Below, in pieces: positions 63,801 to 64,000 of a stretch of DNA of 64,000 bases. The stretch's first letter is position 1, and each line of letters opens with the position of its first letter. This stretch comes from Tubulanus polymorphus (Eukaryota; Animalia; Nemertea): positions 3,286,001 through 3,350,000 of the forward strand of contig NC_134028.1 of assembly GCF_964204645.1 (NCBI RefSeq). Reading direction: 5' to 3'. A program made the position numbers and the translations under genes. The notes under the pieces were generated by a model that saw only the letters and a list, made by a program, of their open reading frames with translations, was not told the DNA's origin and did no database searches.

Positions 63801-64000
63801 CATTATAGGTTAGTAAACACAGCTCTACGTGGTAGGGTGGTCCTGTATCTCAAAACATAAATAACAAATTATGTTTATATCCAGTTGTGTTGTTCTTTCT
63901 AACGAGGTACGAGATACGCACTTTGCAAGGTCTAAGGCAAGGTTCTTTCGGGCTTACCTGTAACTTCTTGTCGCAGGCAATTCCTGGAGCTATGAGGTTC

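Noticed and set aside
36264-63803. Dozens of 60-160 aa ORFs (e.g. 57704-58183)
   Set aside because: No recognisable domains, random-like composition and no coherent splice structure.

Overview
Eukaryotic (animal) genomic DNA, not prokaryotic. The gene set suggests a protostome, probably lophotrochozoan, invertebrate, but this is inference. Four spliced GT-AG genes can be rebuilt by hand. (1) A 2-coding-exon luqin/RYamide-type neuropeptide GPCR (+, 14544-16614, 448 aa). (2) A 7-exon fatty-acid elongase resembling Elovl8/Elovl4 (+, 18704-20978, 263 aa). (3) Histone variant macroH2A (-, 30765-25465, 372 aa per isoform). (4) The first coding exon of a secreted NtA-domain protein, most like vein/neuregulin-type EGF ligands (+, 35519-36002), followed by about 28 kb with no recognisable exon. 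The main finding is in macroH2A: two tandem, diverged 175-nt copies of the macrodomain exon encoding the ADP-ribose diphosphate-binding loop (PSVSSGT vs PSIGSGR). Both are intact and cannot both be included in frame. This points to mutually exclusive splicing at a different exon from the vertebrate macroH2A1.1/1.2 switch. The rest of the window is non-coding, with MITEs, LINE and Gypsy relics, putative Penelope/hammerhead-like repeats and (TA)n tracts. Most short ORFs in the track are spurious.
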